From: Candidatus Zhuqueibacterota bacterium | GTDB lineage: Bacteria > Zhuqueibacterota > Zhuqueibacteria > Thermofontimicrobiales > Thermofontimicrobiaceae | DNA: 64,000 nucleotides | Reading direction: 5' to 3' | Assembly (NCBI GenBank): GCA_049322915.1 | Contig: JBMOPW010000014.1 | Location: 794,764 to 858,763 of the forward strand | Part shown: positions 1-10,900 of the stretch, one piece after another | How positions within the stretch are numbered: the stretch's first letter is position 1 | Layout of the letters: each line of letters starts with the position of its first letter | Program-made: the position numbers and the translations under genes | Notes under the pieces: generated by a model | The model's database searches: none | What the model was told of the DNA's origin: nothing | What the model saw: only the letters and a program-made list of their open reading frames with translations

Positions 1-169
1 ATGATTCCAGATTTTCAGCTTCACGGAACAGCTCACCGACAGCCGATAAATCCAGCCCCTCGGCTATTTCTGAAGAGGGGGCAATGACGGTGATATTCTC
101 CTGAGCCAATCCAATGGAAACGCTCATGAATGCGAATAGCACTGTCAGAATAAAATAATTACGTTTCAT
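1..169 (-). CDS. Secreted hypothetical protein, 5' part only (runs off window edge)
   Basis: ATG at 169 with AGGAGG at 175-180 on the minus strand. Manual translation MKRNYFILTVLFAFMSVSIGLAQENITVIAPSSEIAEGLDLSAVGELFREAENLES begins with a signal peptide. Not in the ORF track because it is truncated. Confidence 0.75.
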   Translation of the reverse strand, partial: MKRNYFILTVLFAFMSVSIGLAQENITVIAPSSEIAEGLDLSAVGELFREAENLES

Positions 170-207
170 GACATCCTCCTGTATCAAAAGTGAGTAAATT
201 GATTTTC

Positions 208-236
208 TACATACGTCGTGAATCGGGCAAAGTTCT
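208..236 (-). promoter_or_regulatory. Possible ECF sigma promoter for the edge gene
   Basis: Minus strand reads GAAC-TTTGCCCGATTCACGA(16)-CGTATG about 40 nt upstream of the ATG, resembling the ECF GAAC-N16-CGT consensus. Confidence 0.35.
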
Positions 237-573
237 CATTCTTTTTTCAGGGAGCTGATCCACGAAATAATATTCGAATTGTTGTAACTACGCAACTCAC
301 GTATTCCGGAAGCCGCTGGTTAGCTGGCTGGTTGCTTTTTGAACACCATGATACATCGTGGTGTTGGTACAATTTTAAACCAGCGCCATGGTTCAGCATG
401 GTCGCCTGAGTCGTTACAAATAGTTTTGAAATTTAGACGATGGCAATCCGAATTCAATCAGTCGGGAACCGCTATTACAATCGATCAACTTACTTTTTTT
501 CTGGATTATAATACTAAATAAACCCGTCATTGTCAAACACTTTTTCCGGACCAGACCATCAGCCTCATCCGGA

Positions 574-613
574 TAAAAAAAACCGTCTGCCCCGGGAACG
601 ATGGACAGACGGT
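574..613 (-). terminator. Intrinsic terminator after the secreted-protein array
   Basis: Minus-strand ACCGTCTG...CAGACGGT stem followed by a T-run, about 60 nt after the stop at 672. Confidence 0.7.
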
Positions 614-671
614 GCGTGCAACGAGATAATTCTCGTCCGTTGGATTTACTTTCGTGTGAGGAAGTCTTACC

Positions 672-3659
672 TCACTTCACCAGAATCATTTTCTGCATCT
701 CTGAAAAATCATTGACTTCGATTCGGTAAATATAAACGCCGGAGGAGAGCTCGCTCGCATCGAATACTACGGAATGGTAACCGGCGTCTTTCGCCCCTTC
801 AAAAATTGTGTCCATTTTTTGTCCGTTCACATTGTAGAGCGATATTTTCACGAGACCCGCCTCTTTCAGATCGTACTGAATGGTGGTCGACGGATTGAAC
901 GGATTGGGGTAGTTCTGATGCAGCCGATACTCGGTCGGTATTTCGTTCCTCGCTTCCAGGGTGATGGCTGTGTACGAATACCCGATTTCGATATCGCTGT
1001 TATCGGTGGACCGCACAATGGCATTGCCAAATTGAATCTCGGTGTCTTCGCCCACAATGGCGAATTCGAGTTTGGCAATGACACCGGTTCCCAACATCAC
1101 GCCGGGATTGCCCAGAGCAGCGCCGTCAATACTCAGGCTGCTGACCTGGCTGTTCGTCATGAAGAAATCTGTTTCCTTCCAGATGCTGCCCCTCTCGACG
1201 GATTGCAGGGCCAGACCTGCGCCAAAATTGACAGGGATGCTCATACCCTTAATCGCTCCGGAATTTTCTGCTAATTGTACTTCAGCAATGAGCGTGGTGG
1301 TTTGTTTTGTAAGTGACATATTGAGCGAAATCGGTGCCATCTTTTCGGACGATTGCTTCTTCGTCAGCCCCTTCCTGCCACCCATGTTTTCATAGTTCAT
1401 GGCAAAGATCATCAGGTCTTCGAAATCAATGATATTATCGGGAGTGGGGCGTCCATCCGTAAAATGGTTCAGCGTGGGACCCACATCGCACAGATTGTTC
1501 CAGTGGATGAACCCATCGCTCGTGAAATATGCGGCAGCGAGTATCGCAATATCAGCGGCATCCACATCGCCGTCCGGGTCGATATCGCCCAACCAGTACG
1601 AAAGCGACGAGTCCAGCACAGCCGCGCTGTAATGAAAGGCTAGGTCTTGGACGAAAATAGCGCAATAATAGAAATCTCTCAGTGGCGGTGTGTAGTCGAG
1701 GCTGGTGACGAATCCCTCGAAAATCTTTGTCCAGCCATTGGCCAATGCTTCGGCAGGGGTGGTTGGCAAATCAGGCGTCTGACCGTTGTATTCCGGGTAG
1801 CCGCCAAAGCCAATCACCCAGACCTGAATATAAAATGCATCGAGATCCGGATTGGTCCAATCCAAATGGAAGCCATTGGTGGAATCGTCGGCAGCGCCAA
1901 AATCCAGACCGGTCACCGGCTCGATGGGCGTGCCATCCCATCGATAGGGTCCAAATCGCAGCGTGCCGTTGGCAACGTCATCGCCGTTATAGCCTTTCAC
2001 AAAGACATAATAATCAGTGCCCGCCGTCGGAATGCCAAGCTGCAACAGGCCCTGGCTCCATTTTGTCTCCTGACCGGTCCAGTTGTACGAATCGCTATTG
2101 ACAAGCGCGTAGCGATAGTATTCCAGTGTGCCTTCGCCAAATCCACCCACAGCGGTCAGTGTGAGCGTTGTGCTGGCGTTGTCTCCGCTTCGGACGCAGG
2201 TGAGATTCAACGTGGATGGCGGAACCGATAATGTATGTTTGGAGGAAACCGGACTCCAGTCCGATTGATTGTACGCCGGCGTCGAATTGGGATCGTTCAC
2301 ACCATCCGAGACGCGGTATATGAATTCGTAAATATGATTGGGCGTCAGGCCGGTGCACTCATGCACGGAATCATCCTTTGCCCGCGACCGGTTGAATCTG
2401 CCGTCCGTGGTGCATTCGAAGTGATAATATTCTTCGCCCTGGGTAGCGTCTTCAACCGACGCTGCATTCACATGCATGGAGGTTGTGGTGACATTGTTGA
2501 TGTAAATTGTCAGGTCGCCCTGGGGAATTGTAATATCCTTTTTGAATGTCCATTTCCAGAAATTTAAATCCGGTTTGAGCGCTTCGATTGATTGGCCGGA
2601 TTTAGTACTTAATTTATTCAACGCGTCGTTGCTGAATTCATGGTACCCATCGTAATTGCCGGCGTCATCGTAGGCGCGCCAATAGATGGTGTGCAACGCG
2701 GTCTGTTCATCGAGCTTGTCGAAACCGGGAATTAACCAGCCATCATTGTTGTACTGCGTGCTGTTAATGTTGCTTGCGATAGTTTTCCAACTGTCTAAAT
2801 CGATTTTATATTCCACCTTGTCCAGGTTGTAATTGTCGTCGAATCCGAAATTGGAAAACTTGGGCACGTTCCGATACCAGACTTCCTGGACTTCGTTAAT
2901 GGTTTCCATGGTAGGCCGACCAGTGTCGACCACGATTTTCCCATGGCCGATCGAATCGACCGAGATTGCATGATTAACCACATCTCTGAATTTCACCGAG
3001 CTCAGCAGGAAATTATTCCCGATTGTGGAAACCAGGTTGTCCGGCACCGGCATATCGGTTGTAGCTGCAATGGTGAATAAAATCCCGTCGCCGGTCTTGC
3101 CATCAGTGACGCCCAGAATGGAACAGTTGACAGTGTAGTCGCCGCCATCTTCCAGCAGTTCCCAGTGGGTGGGATCGCTTGTGCTGCTCAGAAAAGCGCC
3201 TTCCGTGAAAACGATGGAGGAAAACGCGCTGTCATTGAGTGAAATTTTCACCTCGTAGCCGCGCATGCCGGGATAGACATTCGCAACGCGCACTGTGTAT
3301 GTGAATGATTGATTGCCGCGCAGCAGCGTGTCCGCCGGGGTCACCCAAATTATAATTGGCTCAGTTGTAAAATTGCCAACCTGGCCATAACCGCTGCCGG
3401 CCAACATGGTTATTGGCGAGGAGGCGGCTAAAACAGGAAAGTCATTTCCACTTACGGACGGCGCTGATGGATCGCCCAGTGTATTGCGCCAGCTATCGCC
3501 AGTTATAAATCTTGAACCAGACATTTTTACAGTATTAAATAAATCGACTGCATACGCATCCGAAGCAAATACCGCTTCATCGCCGGATTCAGCCAGCGCA
3601 GTGGATGTCGATAATAATCCGATCACGAAAACGCATAGTAAAATTTTCCAGCTTTTCAT
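672..3659 (-). CDS. T9SS-CTD secreted modular protein A (cohesin-like, Ig/FN3, dockerin-like, cohesin-like, CTD) with no large N-terminal head
   Basis: 995-aa ORF with AAGGAG RBS and signal peptide. Dockerin-like pair GDIDPDGDVDAADI...PDNIIDFEDL; C-terminal LHQNYPNPFNPST...SGVYIYRI...KMILVK. Confidence 0.85.
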   Translation of the reverse strand: MKSWKILLCVFVIGLLSTSTALAESGDEAVFASDAYAVDLFNTVKMSGSRFITGDSWRNTLGDPSAPSVSGNDFPVLAASSPITMLAGSGYGQVGNFTTEPIIIWVTPADTLLRGNQSFTYTVRVANVYPGMRGYEVKISLNDSAFSSIVFTEGAFLSSTSDPTHWELLEDGGDYTVNCSILGVTDGKTGDGILFTIAATTDMPVPDNLVSTIGNNFLLSSVKFRDVVNHAISVDSIGHGKIVVDTGRPTMETINEVQEVWYRNVPKFSNFGFDDNYNLDKVEYKIDLDSWKTIASNINSTQYNNDGWLIPGFDKLDEQTALHTIYWRAYDDAGNYDGYHEFSNDALNKLSTKSGQSIEALKPDLNFWKWTFKKDITIPQGDLTIYINNVTTTSMHVNAASVEDATQGEEYYHFECTTDGRFNRSRAKDDSVHECTGLTPNHIYEFIYRVSDGVNDPNSTPAYNQSDWSPVSSKHTLSVPPSTLNLTCVRSGDNASTTLTLTAVGGFGEGTLEYYRYALVNSDSYNWTGQETKWSQGLLQLGIPTAGTDYYVFVKGYNGDDVANGTLRFGPYRWDGTPIEPVTGLDFGAADDSTNGFHLDWTNPDLDAFYIQVWVIGFGGYPEYNGQTPDLPTTPAEALANGWTKIFEGFVTSLDYTPPLRDFYYCAIFVQDLAFHYSAAVLDSSLSYWLGDIDPDGDVDAADIAILAAAYFTSDGFIHWNNLCDVGPTLNHFTDGRPTPDNIIDFEDLMIFAMNYENMGGRKGLTKKQSSEKMAPISLNMSLTKQTTTLIAEVQLAENSGAIKGMSIPVNFGAGLALQSVERGSIWKETDFFMTNSQVSSLSIDGAALGNPGVMLGTGVIAKLEFAIVGEDTEIQFGNAIVRSTDNSDIEIGYSYTAITLEARNEIPTEYRLHQNYPNPFNPSTTIQYDLKEAGLVKISLYNVNGQKMDTIFEGAKDAGYHSVVFDASELSSGVYIYRIEVNDFSEMQKMILVK

Positions 3660-3765
3660 GCCTTGCTCCTTTTAAATCTATGACGATTTTTAATATTGAG
3701 CACACCCGGCGCTTATTATAATGCCGGGTCGCATTATAATTTTTCCAATAGAAAATTGCGCCCTG

Positions 3766-6700
3766 TTATTTCACGAGCATCATTTTCTTCATCTCTGTGA
3801 AGTCATTCACTTCAATTTTGTAGAAGTAAACGCCGGAAGGCAATTGATCCGCCTGAAGTTGATAGGTGTAATAACCGGCCTGTTGTTCTCCCTCGAACAG
3901 TGTTTTAATGGCCTGACCATTCACATTGTACAATGTCAGTTTCACCAGTCCGCGCTCTTTCAGCCCGTACCGAATGGAGGTTGCTGGATTGAACGGATTG
4001 GGGTAGTTCTGGCACAATTGATATTCGGATGGCGCTGCGTTTTCATCCGGCACAGAAGATGTGATGTATTCGAAGGTTACATCAATATCCGTATTGGCGG
4101 CTGACCGTACACAAGCCCGGGTCAACTCGTAATCAATACTGTCGCTTAGAATATCCATCACCGCAGTTCCGATGGTACCATTGCCCTGAATCACCGCGTC
4201 GTGGCCAAGCGCAGCGCCGGTGAAAATGACCTGGCCATTTTTTTCCACCGGTTCGAAGATATAATGATCCGTCCAGAGATCGCCTTTTTCAAAGCTGGCA
4301 ACGTGCAGCCCTTTCAATTCAAGGGTGAAGCAGAGCCCCTTCACGGCTGCCGGATTGTTCTCCAAATCCAGTCTCGCGTGAAATTGATTGGCCTCGAACC
4401 AGGCGCTGAGTTTCACGACGACCGGATCGGTCAGGCTCGGCGGCTCCGGCGTTGGGAAATCGTAATTCGTATTATCATAATTCATGGAAAAAATCATGAC
4501 ATCTTCAAAATCGATGTTTTGGTCCGGCAGCGGTCGGCTCAGCCTGGTGTGCTTTACCGTTGGTCCCACGTCGCACACCGGGTTCCAGTTGGCATCACCG
4601 GATTGTGAACCGAGCGCATTTCGGAGGATGTCGACATCGCCCATATCCACGTCGCCGTCCGGCGTTTCATCCACATCCCCCAGCCAGTACGACAGGGACG
4701 AATCGCAAATCGCTGAGCTATAGTGGCCGGCCACGTCTCTCACAAAAATGGCGCAGTAATAAAAATCGCGTTCGTCCGGGATGAATTCAAATTCAGAATC
4801 GACGCCGTCGTAGACATTGATCCAGCCGCCATTATCGGCTGCGGTCGTGTTTGCCGGCATGGTGGGGACGAATCCGGTGTATTGCGGATAGCCGCCATAG
4901 GCTTTCACCCACACTTCGACGCCGCCAATTTCCGGGCCGGGATTTTCCCAATTCATATTAATAATGTTGGCAGAGTCGATGCCGGCGCCATAGGTCAGAT
5001 CAGCGATGGGCGTAATGGGCGTGCCGTTCCATTGATAGGGGCCCATAATCAGGGTGCCATTGCCCACATGCGCTGCGTTGTAGCCTTTGATGTGTAGATA
5101 ATAATTGATGTCCGCCTGGCTTGCGCCGCACGTGAGCGTGCTGTCCTGCCAGATGGCTTCTGTATCCGTCCAGGTGTGGGCATTGGATGTGTCCCACACA
5201 AATCGGTAATATTCCACTTTTCCCTGGCCATATCCGCCCACGGCAGTGAACGTGAACGCGGCGGTGTTCACAACACCGCTTTTATCGCAAGTGATGTTGG
5301 CGTAGGTTGGCGCCACAGAAAGCGTGTATGTGGAAAATGTTTCGCTCCACGCTGTCTCGTTGCAGGCTGGCGTGGCATTCGGGTCGTTCACGCCATCGGA
5401 AACCCGATACCGGAATTGGTATTGTCTGTTCGGCGTCAGGTTGGAGCAGGTCATCTCCCGGTTTGCCAGGATTCGCGCCTGATCATAGCTTTCATCGGTG
5501 ACACAATCGAATTCATAATATTCATCGCCCTGGAATGCATCCTCGACCGCGGCGCCGGTCACTTTCATGCCGATGGAGGTGATTTCCGAGAAGGAGACGG
5601 TGAGGTTGCCGGCCGGCGCTGAAACGTCCTTTTTGAATCGCCACACCCAGTCCGCGTCGCCGGATTGATAATCCAGATCATCGACCGCGCGCCAGTAAAC
5701 CGTGTGGGGCGCGATGTTTTCGGACAATTCGGAGAAGTTCGGCGTCACCCAATTGCTGACCCGGTAGACGCTGTCGGCAATGGCGTCAGCGAGGATAGTC
5801 CACGCTCCGTCATTCAATTTATATTCAATTTTTTGCAGGTTCAAATTATCCCGGAAGACCAGGCTGCTGAACACCGGCGCAGAACGACGCCAGGTGTTTT
5901 GCGATTCAGTGACCGGCTGCATGGTTGGCGCGGCTGTATCGATGATGATTTTCGCGCCGCTGATGATGCTGCCCGGAATGGGATTGTTGTTCACATCGCG
6001 CAGATCAACGTCCGGGAATTGCAGATTTTCTTCGGCCGGAAAAACAAGGCCGCCGGGAACGGTTTCAGCCGTGGTGACGGTGACCGTGAAAAGTGTGCCG
6101 GAACCGGCCTTGCCCTCGGTGGGTCCCAGGATGGCGCAGTTCACGCGGTACTGCCCGTTGTCCCCTGTTGCCTGCCAGAAAGTCAAATCGCCGGTGCTGC
6201 TCAAAAATGCGCCTTCTGCGAATATGGGATTTGTAAAATGCGCCGGGTCGAACTGAACATAAATATCAAATCCGCGCATGGCTTCCACATTTCCAACATT
6301 CACGTTGAAGACAAGCTGCTGGCCGCCTTTGGCCACGAGCGAATCCGGCAGGGTATAGACCGGCACGTCCTGGCTTTCGAACGAGCCCATGTCCGGTGTG
6401 CCAATCCTGGCGAAACCGCGTTGATCGGTCGCCGGGGCGCCATCGGCCGTGCCGGAGTTGATGGCCGCGCTGCCGAACAACAGTGCGTGGGTTTTGCCCA
6501 TTCCGCCATTGTCGGCAAGATCTTCGAGCAGAGGATCGGTGTCGTTAAAATTGCCGTCGCCCACATCGGACAAGCTGGCGTCGCGGCAAATGGAATAACT
6601 TCGAACCAGGTTGAATGCTCCGTCGCCGCTCGTGGCGAAATTATCCGCCGCGCCGTTGTCCAGAATGCAGTTTTTCAGGGTGAGATTCACCACGCCGGCC

Positions 6701-7548
6701 TCGAAGCTGGTGTCCGTGGCCTCGGCAAAAATGCCTTTTCCCACGCCGCCGGCGGAATTGTCAGCAATGGTCACATTGGTGAACATGGCGGACAGCTTCC
6801 CGCTTTCCTGTTCGGCCGATGACGAACTCATGGCATGCAGCGATACCCCGCCGCCTTTGCCGGAAAAATTGCCGGCTGCGTTGCCGGAAATCGTGCAGTT
6901 GGTCACAGCGAGATTTTTCGGGTCTTTGCTCAATTGCATGAAAAGTCCGCCGCCATGGCTGCTGTTGATGAGTATGGAATTGCCGGCGATGGTGCTGTTT
7001 TCTATGGTCAAATGCCCATCGCGGCAAAAAATTCCGGCGCCGTCGTACTGGGACGTGTTCTCGCGAATGTCGCATCCCGCAATGGTCATCGATCCTGTTT
7101 TGCTGTACACGCCGCCTCCGCGCACGCCGCTATTCTTCCTGATGATGCAATTGCGCAGGGTCAGGTCCGCCTGGCTGTAAATGCCGGCGCCGTTCTCATT
7201 GGTGTTTCCGTGCCGGATCGTCAGATTTTTGAGGTGGATCTGGTAGCCTGCGCTCAACAGAAATACGCGGCGCCCAACGTCTGCGCCGGTGTCCGACGCC
7301 TGAATGACAGAGGTGAGCGGATTTTCGCCGCGGATGGTCACATGTTTTTCGACCGAAATGTTATAATCTGTAATGGTTCCGAACACGATGAGAGTATCGC
7401 CGTCGGTTGCGCTGAGCAGGGCATCGGTCACTGTGGCGTAACTATGGCCACTGCCGATCTCCAGAATTGCCCCGTGCAAAGGCGGCGATGAAAGCGCGAG
7501 TAAAAATAGGATATTTACAATAACTGCAAAGAGATGAAAGCGTTTCAT
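3766..7548 (-). CDS. T9SS-CTD secreted modular protein B (parallel beta-helix / choice-of-anchor-Q-like head plus shared core)
   Basis: Start refined to MKRFHLF at 7548 (AGGAGG RBS). GGG(I/V)-type beta-helix repeats and a DQRGFAR..PDMGSFE motif; same core as A, including GDVDETPDGDVDMGDV; CTD. Confidence 0.85.
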   Translation of the reverse strand: MKRFHLFAVIVNILFLLALSSPPLHGAILEIGSGHSYATVTDALLSATDGDTLIVFGTITDYNISVEKHVTIRGENPLTSVIQASDTGADVGRRVFLLSAGYQIHLKNLTIRHGNTNENGAGIYSQADLTLRNCIIRKNSGVRGGGVYSKTGSMTIAGCDIRENTSQYDGAGIFCRDGHLTIENSTIAGNSILINSSHGGGLFMQLSKDPKNLAVTNCTISGNAAGNFSGKGGGVSLHAMSSSSAEQESGKLSAMFTNVTIADNSAGGVGKGIFAEATDTSFEAGVVNLTLKNCILDNGAADNFATSGDGAFNLVRSYSICRDASLSDVGDGNFNDTDPLLEDLADNGGMGKTHALLFGSAAINSGTADGAPATDQRGFARIGTPDMGSFESQDVPVYTLPDSLVAKGGQQLVFNVNVGNVEAMRGFDIYVQFDPAHFTNPIFAEGAFLSSTGDLTFWQATGDNGQYRVNCAILGPTEGKAGSGTLFTVTVTTAETVPGGLVFPAEENLQFPDVDLRDVNNNPIPGSIISGAKIIIDTAAPTMQPVTESQNTWRRSAPVFSSLVFRDNLNLQKIEYKLNDGAWTILADAIADSVYRVSNWVTPNFSELSENIAPHTVYWRAVDDLDYQSGDADWVWRFKKDVSAPAGNLTVSFSEITSIGMKVTGAAVEDAFQGDEYYEFDCVTDESYDQARILANREMTCSNLTPNRQYQFRYRVSDGVNDPNATPACNETAWSETFSTYTLSVAPTYANITCDKSGVVNTAAFTFTAVGGYGQGKVEYYRFVWDTSNAHTWTDTEAIWQDSTLTCGASQADINYYLHIKGYNAAHVGNGTLIMGPYQWNGTPITPIADLTYGAGIDSANIINMNWENPGPEIGGVEVWVKAYGGYPQYTGFVPTMPANTTAADNGGWINVYDGVDSEFEFIPDERDFYYCAIFVRDVAGHYSSAICDSSLSYWLGDVDETPDGDVDMGDVDILRNALGSQSGDANWNPVCDVGPTVKHTRLSRPLPDQNIDFEDVMIFSMNYDNTNYDFPTPEPPSLTDPVVVKLSAWFEANQFHARLDLENNPAAVKGLCFTLELKGLHVASFEKGDLWTDHYIFEPVEKNGQVIFTGAALGHDAVIQGNGTIGTAVMDILSDSIDYELTRACVRSAANTDIDVTFEYITSSVPDENAAPSEYQLCQNYPNPFNPATSIRYGLKERGLVKLTLYNVNGQAIKTLFEGEQQAGYYTYQLQADQLPSGVYFYKIEVNDFTEMKKMMLVK

Positions 7549-7632
7549 TGGTATCCTCCTGAGTTGATCTTTGATGATGAATCCCTTTACGCTGAAGCAT
7601 AATTTCAATTAGGCATGGGAGTTTTCAGGAAA

Positions 7633-7659
7633 TATCGACATTCAGCGGAAAAGAATAAG
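7633..7659 (-). promoter_or_regulatory. Sigma28-like promoter motif, copy 1 (CTTAT-N15-GTCGATA)
   Basis: Same motif with identical 15-nt spacing occurs upstream of genes B, C and D. The -10 element resembles the FliA/SigD GCCGATA box. Confidence 0.5.
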
Positions 7660-7736
7660 AGCTAATTTGCAATGTGACCATAATTTATCAGATGTTACTA
7701 GTGAGAGAATAATCAGCGCGAACTCCGATCGCGATG

Positions 7737-7953
7737 GATCGGAACGTATGTTCCGGATCAGGGGAGCGGTTCGGGATAAATATCCCGAACGATCGATTTT
7801 CCAGAAAAAAAAAATTGCCCGGGATACATGATTCCGGGCGATCAATTGCGTTTCGGATCCCGATCGCGCTGGCTATGTATCCAGCGCGGACAATTCATGG
7901 AAACGTATGTTTCCGGGTAATGAAACCGTTCGGGATACATATCCCGAACGATC
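7737..7953. repeat. GATC-led hairpin (REP/BIME-like) cluster 1
   Basis: Palindromes GGAAC-GTAT-GTTCC and TTCGGGAT-N4-ATCCCGAA-CGATC, shared with 14551-14969 and 22396-22903. Confidence 0.8.
7805..7843 (-). terminator. Intrinsic terminator after gene C
   Basis: Minus strand GATCGCCCGGAAT...ATCCCGGGCAAT followed by a long T-run. Confidence 0.7.
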
Positions 7954-7972
7954 CGTTACCGTGATATTTTCG

Positions 7973-10900
7973 TTACTTCATCAACACCAGCTTGCGCACA
8001 TCGCGGAAGTCATTGACTTCAATCTGGTAAATGTACATGCCGGACGGTAAATTGCCGGCGTCAAACACGAAGCTGTGATAGCCAGCGTTTTTGACTTCAT
8101 CGAGCAGCGTGGCAATGCGCTGACCGTTGATGTTGTACAATGTCATCGTCACCTGTCCGTCCGCCTTCAAATCGTACAGAATGGTTGTGGACGGATTGAA
8201 CGGATTGGGATAGTTCTGGTGCAGCTTGTATTCCGTGGGAATCAGTCCTTCGGAAAGCAGTGCCACATCGGTGTAATCGTAGCTCACTTCGATGGCATCG
8301 TTGGTTTTGGTTCGGGCTGTGGCGTCGGCGAACTGAATGGCGGTGTTGGTCCCGCTCACTTTGAACACAATTTCCGCTACCACGCCGTCGCCATCGAATC
8401 CGCCAATGTTGTCCAATGAGGCCGCGCTGATGTAAACGGTCTGTCCTTCCTGGCTGGAATCGAAGAAGTCGCTGCTCGTTACCAGAGCGCCTTTTCTCAC
8501 ACTGGAAATGGCCAGATCAGCCCCAAATGCAACGGGAATTTCCATTGCTTTGACAAACGCATTATTGTTTTCCAGTTGAATTTGCGCGACGAACTGGGTG
8601 CCCACTTTTTGAATGTGCATCTTCAAAGCAATGGGATTCGCCTCGTTAGTCTCGCCGGATTTTTTCAGCTTGTGCGAACCGGTGTTCTCGTAATTCATGG
8701 CAAACACCATCAGGTCTTCGAAGCTGATGGACTGGTCCGGCACAGGACGGCTGGTTCGGCCATAATTTGTGGTCGGCCCCACATCGCACACGGCGTTGTA
8801 ATCATTATCGCCGGATTCTGTGCGGTACGCGCTGGCTAAAATAGCGATATCCGCAGAATTCACCAAACCATCCGGCGTGGCATTCACATCGCCAAGCCAG
8901 TAGGAGAGGGAGGAGTCGATTGCCGCGGCGCTGTAATGCTCGGCCAAATCTTCAACAAAAACCGCGCAATAATAAAAATCACGGTTGGATGGCGTGTAGG
9001 TGTAAGCGGTTGCCAGGGTGTCCATGAGTTGAGTCCAGCCGCCTTCGGACGCTTCGGTCGGCGTGGTCGGGAATTCCGGCTTTGACCCTGTGTACTGCGG
9101 GTACCCGCCAAATCCTTTCACCCACACTTCGATATAATGGGCGTCGTGTTCCGGGTTGGTCCAGCTCATGTCCGAGGAGTTGTTGTCTTCACCGGTGGCT
9201 TCGAACGATAATTCAGTGACCGGGGAAATAGGCGTGCCATCCCACTGATACGGGCCCAGGGCCAGCGTGCCATTGGCCACGTCTTCGGCATTGAAGCCTT
9301 TTACGTGGAGATAGTAATTTGTATTGGCCGTTGGAATGCCAAGCATCAAATTGCCGGTACTCCATTTGGTTTCCGAGTCAGTCCAGGTGTGGGTGGCGCT
9401 GTCGCTGAGCGCATAGCGATAGTACTCGACTTTGCCTGCGCCAAAACCCCCAACCGCATAGAAGGTCAGCGTGGTTGTGCTGATGGTGCCGCTTTTGTCG
9501 CATGTCACCGTGGATGTGGTTGGCGCAACGGACAGCGTGTATTTGGAATATTCAGTGCTCCACGCTGTGGCATTGTAAGCCGGGGTTTCATTGGGATCGG
9601 CCACGCCGTCGGACACCTGGTATTTAAACTTGTATTCGGTATTGGCATTCATTTCATAGCATTCGTGAACCGAATCGGCCAGGGTTCGGGCGCGGTCGTA
9701 GTAATCTTGCGATGTGCAATCGAATTGATAGTACACCTCGCCCTGTGTCGCGTCTTCGAACGCAGCGCTGACCACATTCATGGATCGCACGCCCACTTCA
9801 GTGAACGTAATGGCAAGTTCGCCATCAGGCGCGGTTTCGTCCTTGTAAAACGAAAAATGCCAACTGTCATCGTCGTAACCAGCGGTATTCATCGCATCGT
9901 CCACAGCGTAAAAATAGATGGTGTGGACTGTTGTTCGTTCAACTAACGAACTGTATGTCGGCAGGCTGATGCCGTCGTTATTGTATTCGGTTCCTGTGAT
10001 ATCGTCAGTAACCACATCCCATTCACCATCATTGATTTTGTAGCCAACAGCCTCCAGAGCGTAATTGTCATCGAACCCGAAATTGGACAGTGTGGGCCCG
10101 CTGCGATACCACACGCTGTCATCTTCGGCAATGGTTTCCAAGGTCGGCGGCGCCGTATCGATGACAATGGTCGAGCCATTGCTCTGGTCGCAGACAATGG
10201 GATCGTTTACAACATCGCGCATGGTGATGGATGAAATCGTAAGGTTGGCAGATTCCGGATTGACCAGACTATCGGTCACCGAAGATGCCGTAGTCAACTG
10301 CACCGTGAACAGCGTTCCGTCGCCGGTCTGGCCGTCGGTGGCGCCCAGAATAGCGCAGTCGATGTCATAGCTGCCATCAGAGCCGGCCGCGTCCCACTGG
10401 GTGGTGCCAACGCTGCTGAGATAGCTGCCCTCGGTGATGGTTGCCTCGGAAAAGTGCTCGCCATTGTAGCCCACATGCATGGTGTAGCCGCGCATGGCCG
10501 GCAGCACATTGGCGATGCTCACCGTGTAGGTGACCTGCTGGCCGCCTTTGAGCAGGGTATCGGCCGGAGTAATGGACACGATGATTTGTTCCGTGGTGAA
10601 TGTGGAATCAGCCCCGTAGCCGGTGCCGGCGCTGTTGGTGGCGTAGGCGCGCACGTGATAGGTGGTGCCGTGAGCCAGCCCGGTAATACTGCTGCTGAAC
10701 TCGCCGGTACCTTGTCCATCGCTGGTGTGACTGCTATCCACCGTGGGATTTTCAGCCAGACCCCAGCACACACCTCTCACTGTCACTGAATCGCCGCCAT
10801 CGGCAGTTACATTGCCGCCGCCGACCGCGGAGATCACGGTGATCGAATCAAACGTCGCTGTGGTTACGGTTGGCGGAGTGATGCCAACGCCTTCAATCGC

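Noticed and set aside
5665..6822. Long plus-strand ORFs (e.g. 5665-6822, 25905-26747, 27937-28707, 52936-53739, 55914-56897)
   Set aside because: They are antisense shadows of well-supported minus-strand genes and carry no recognisable motifs.
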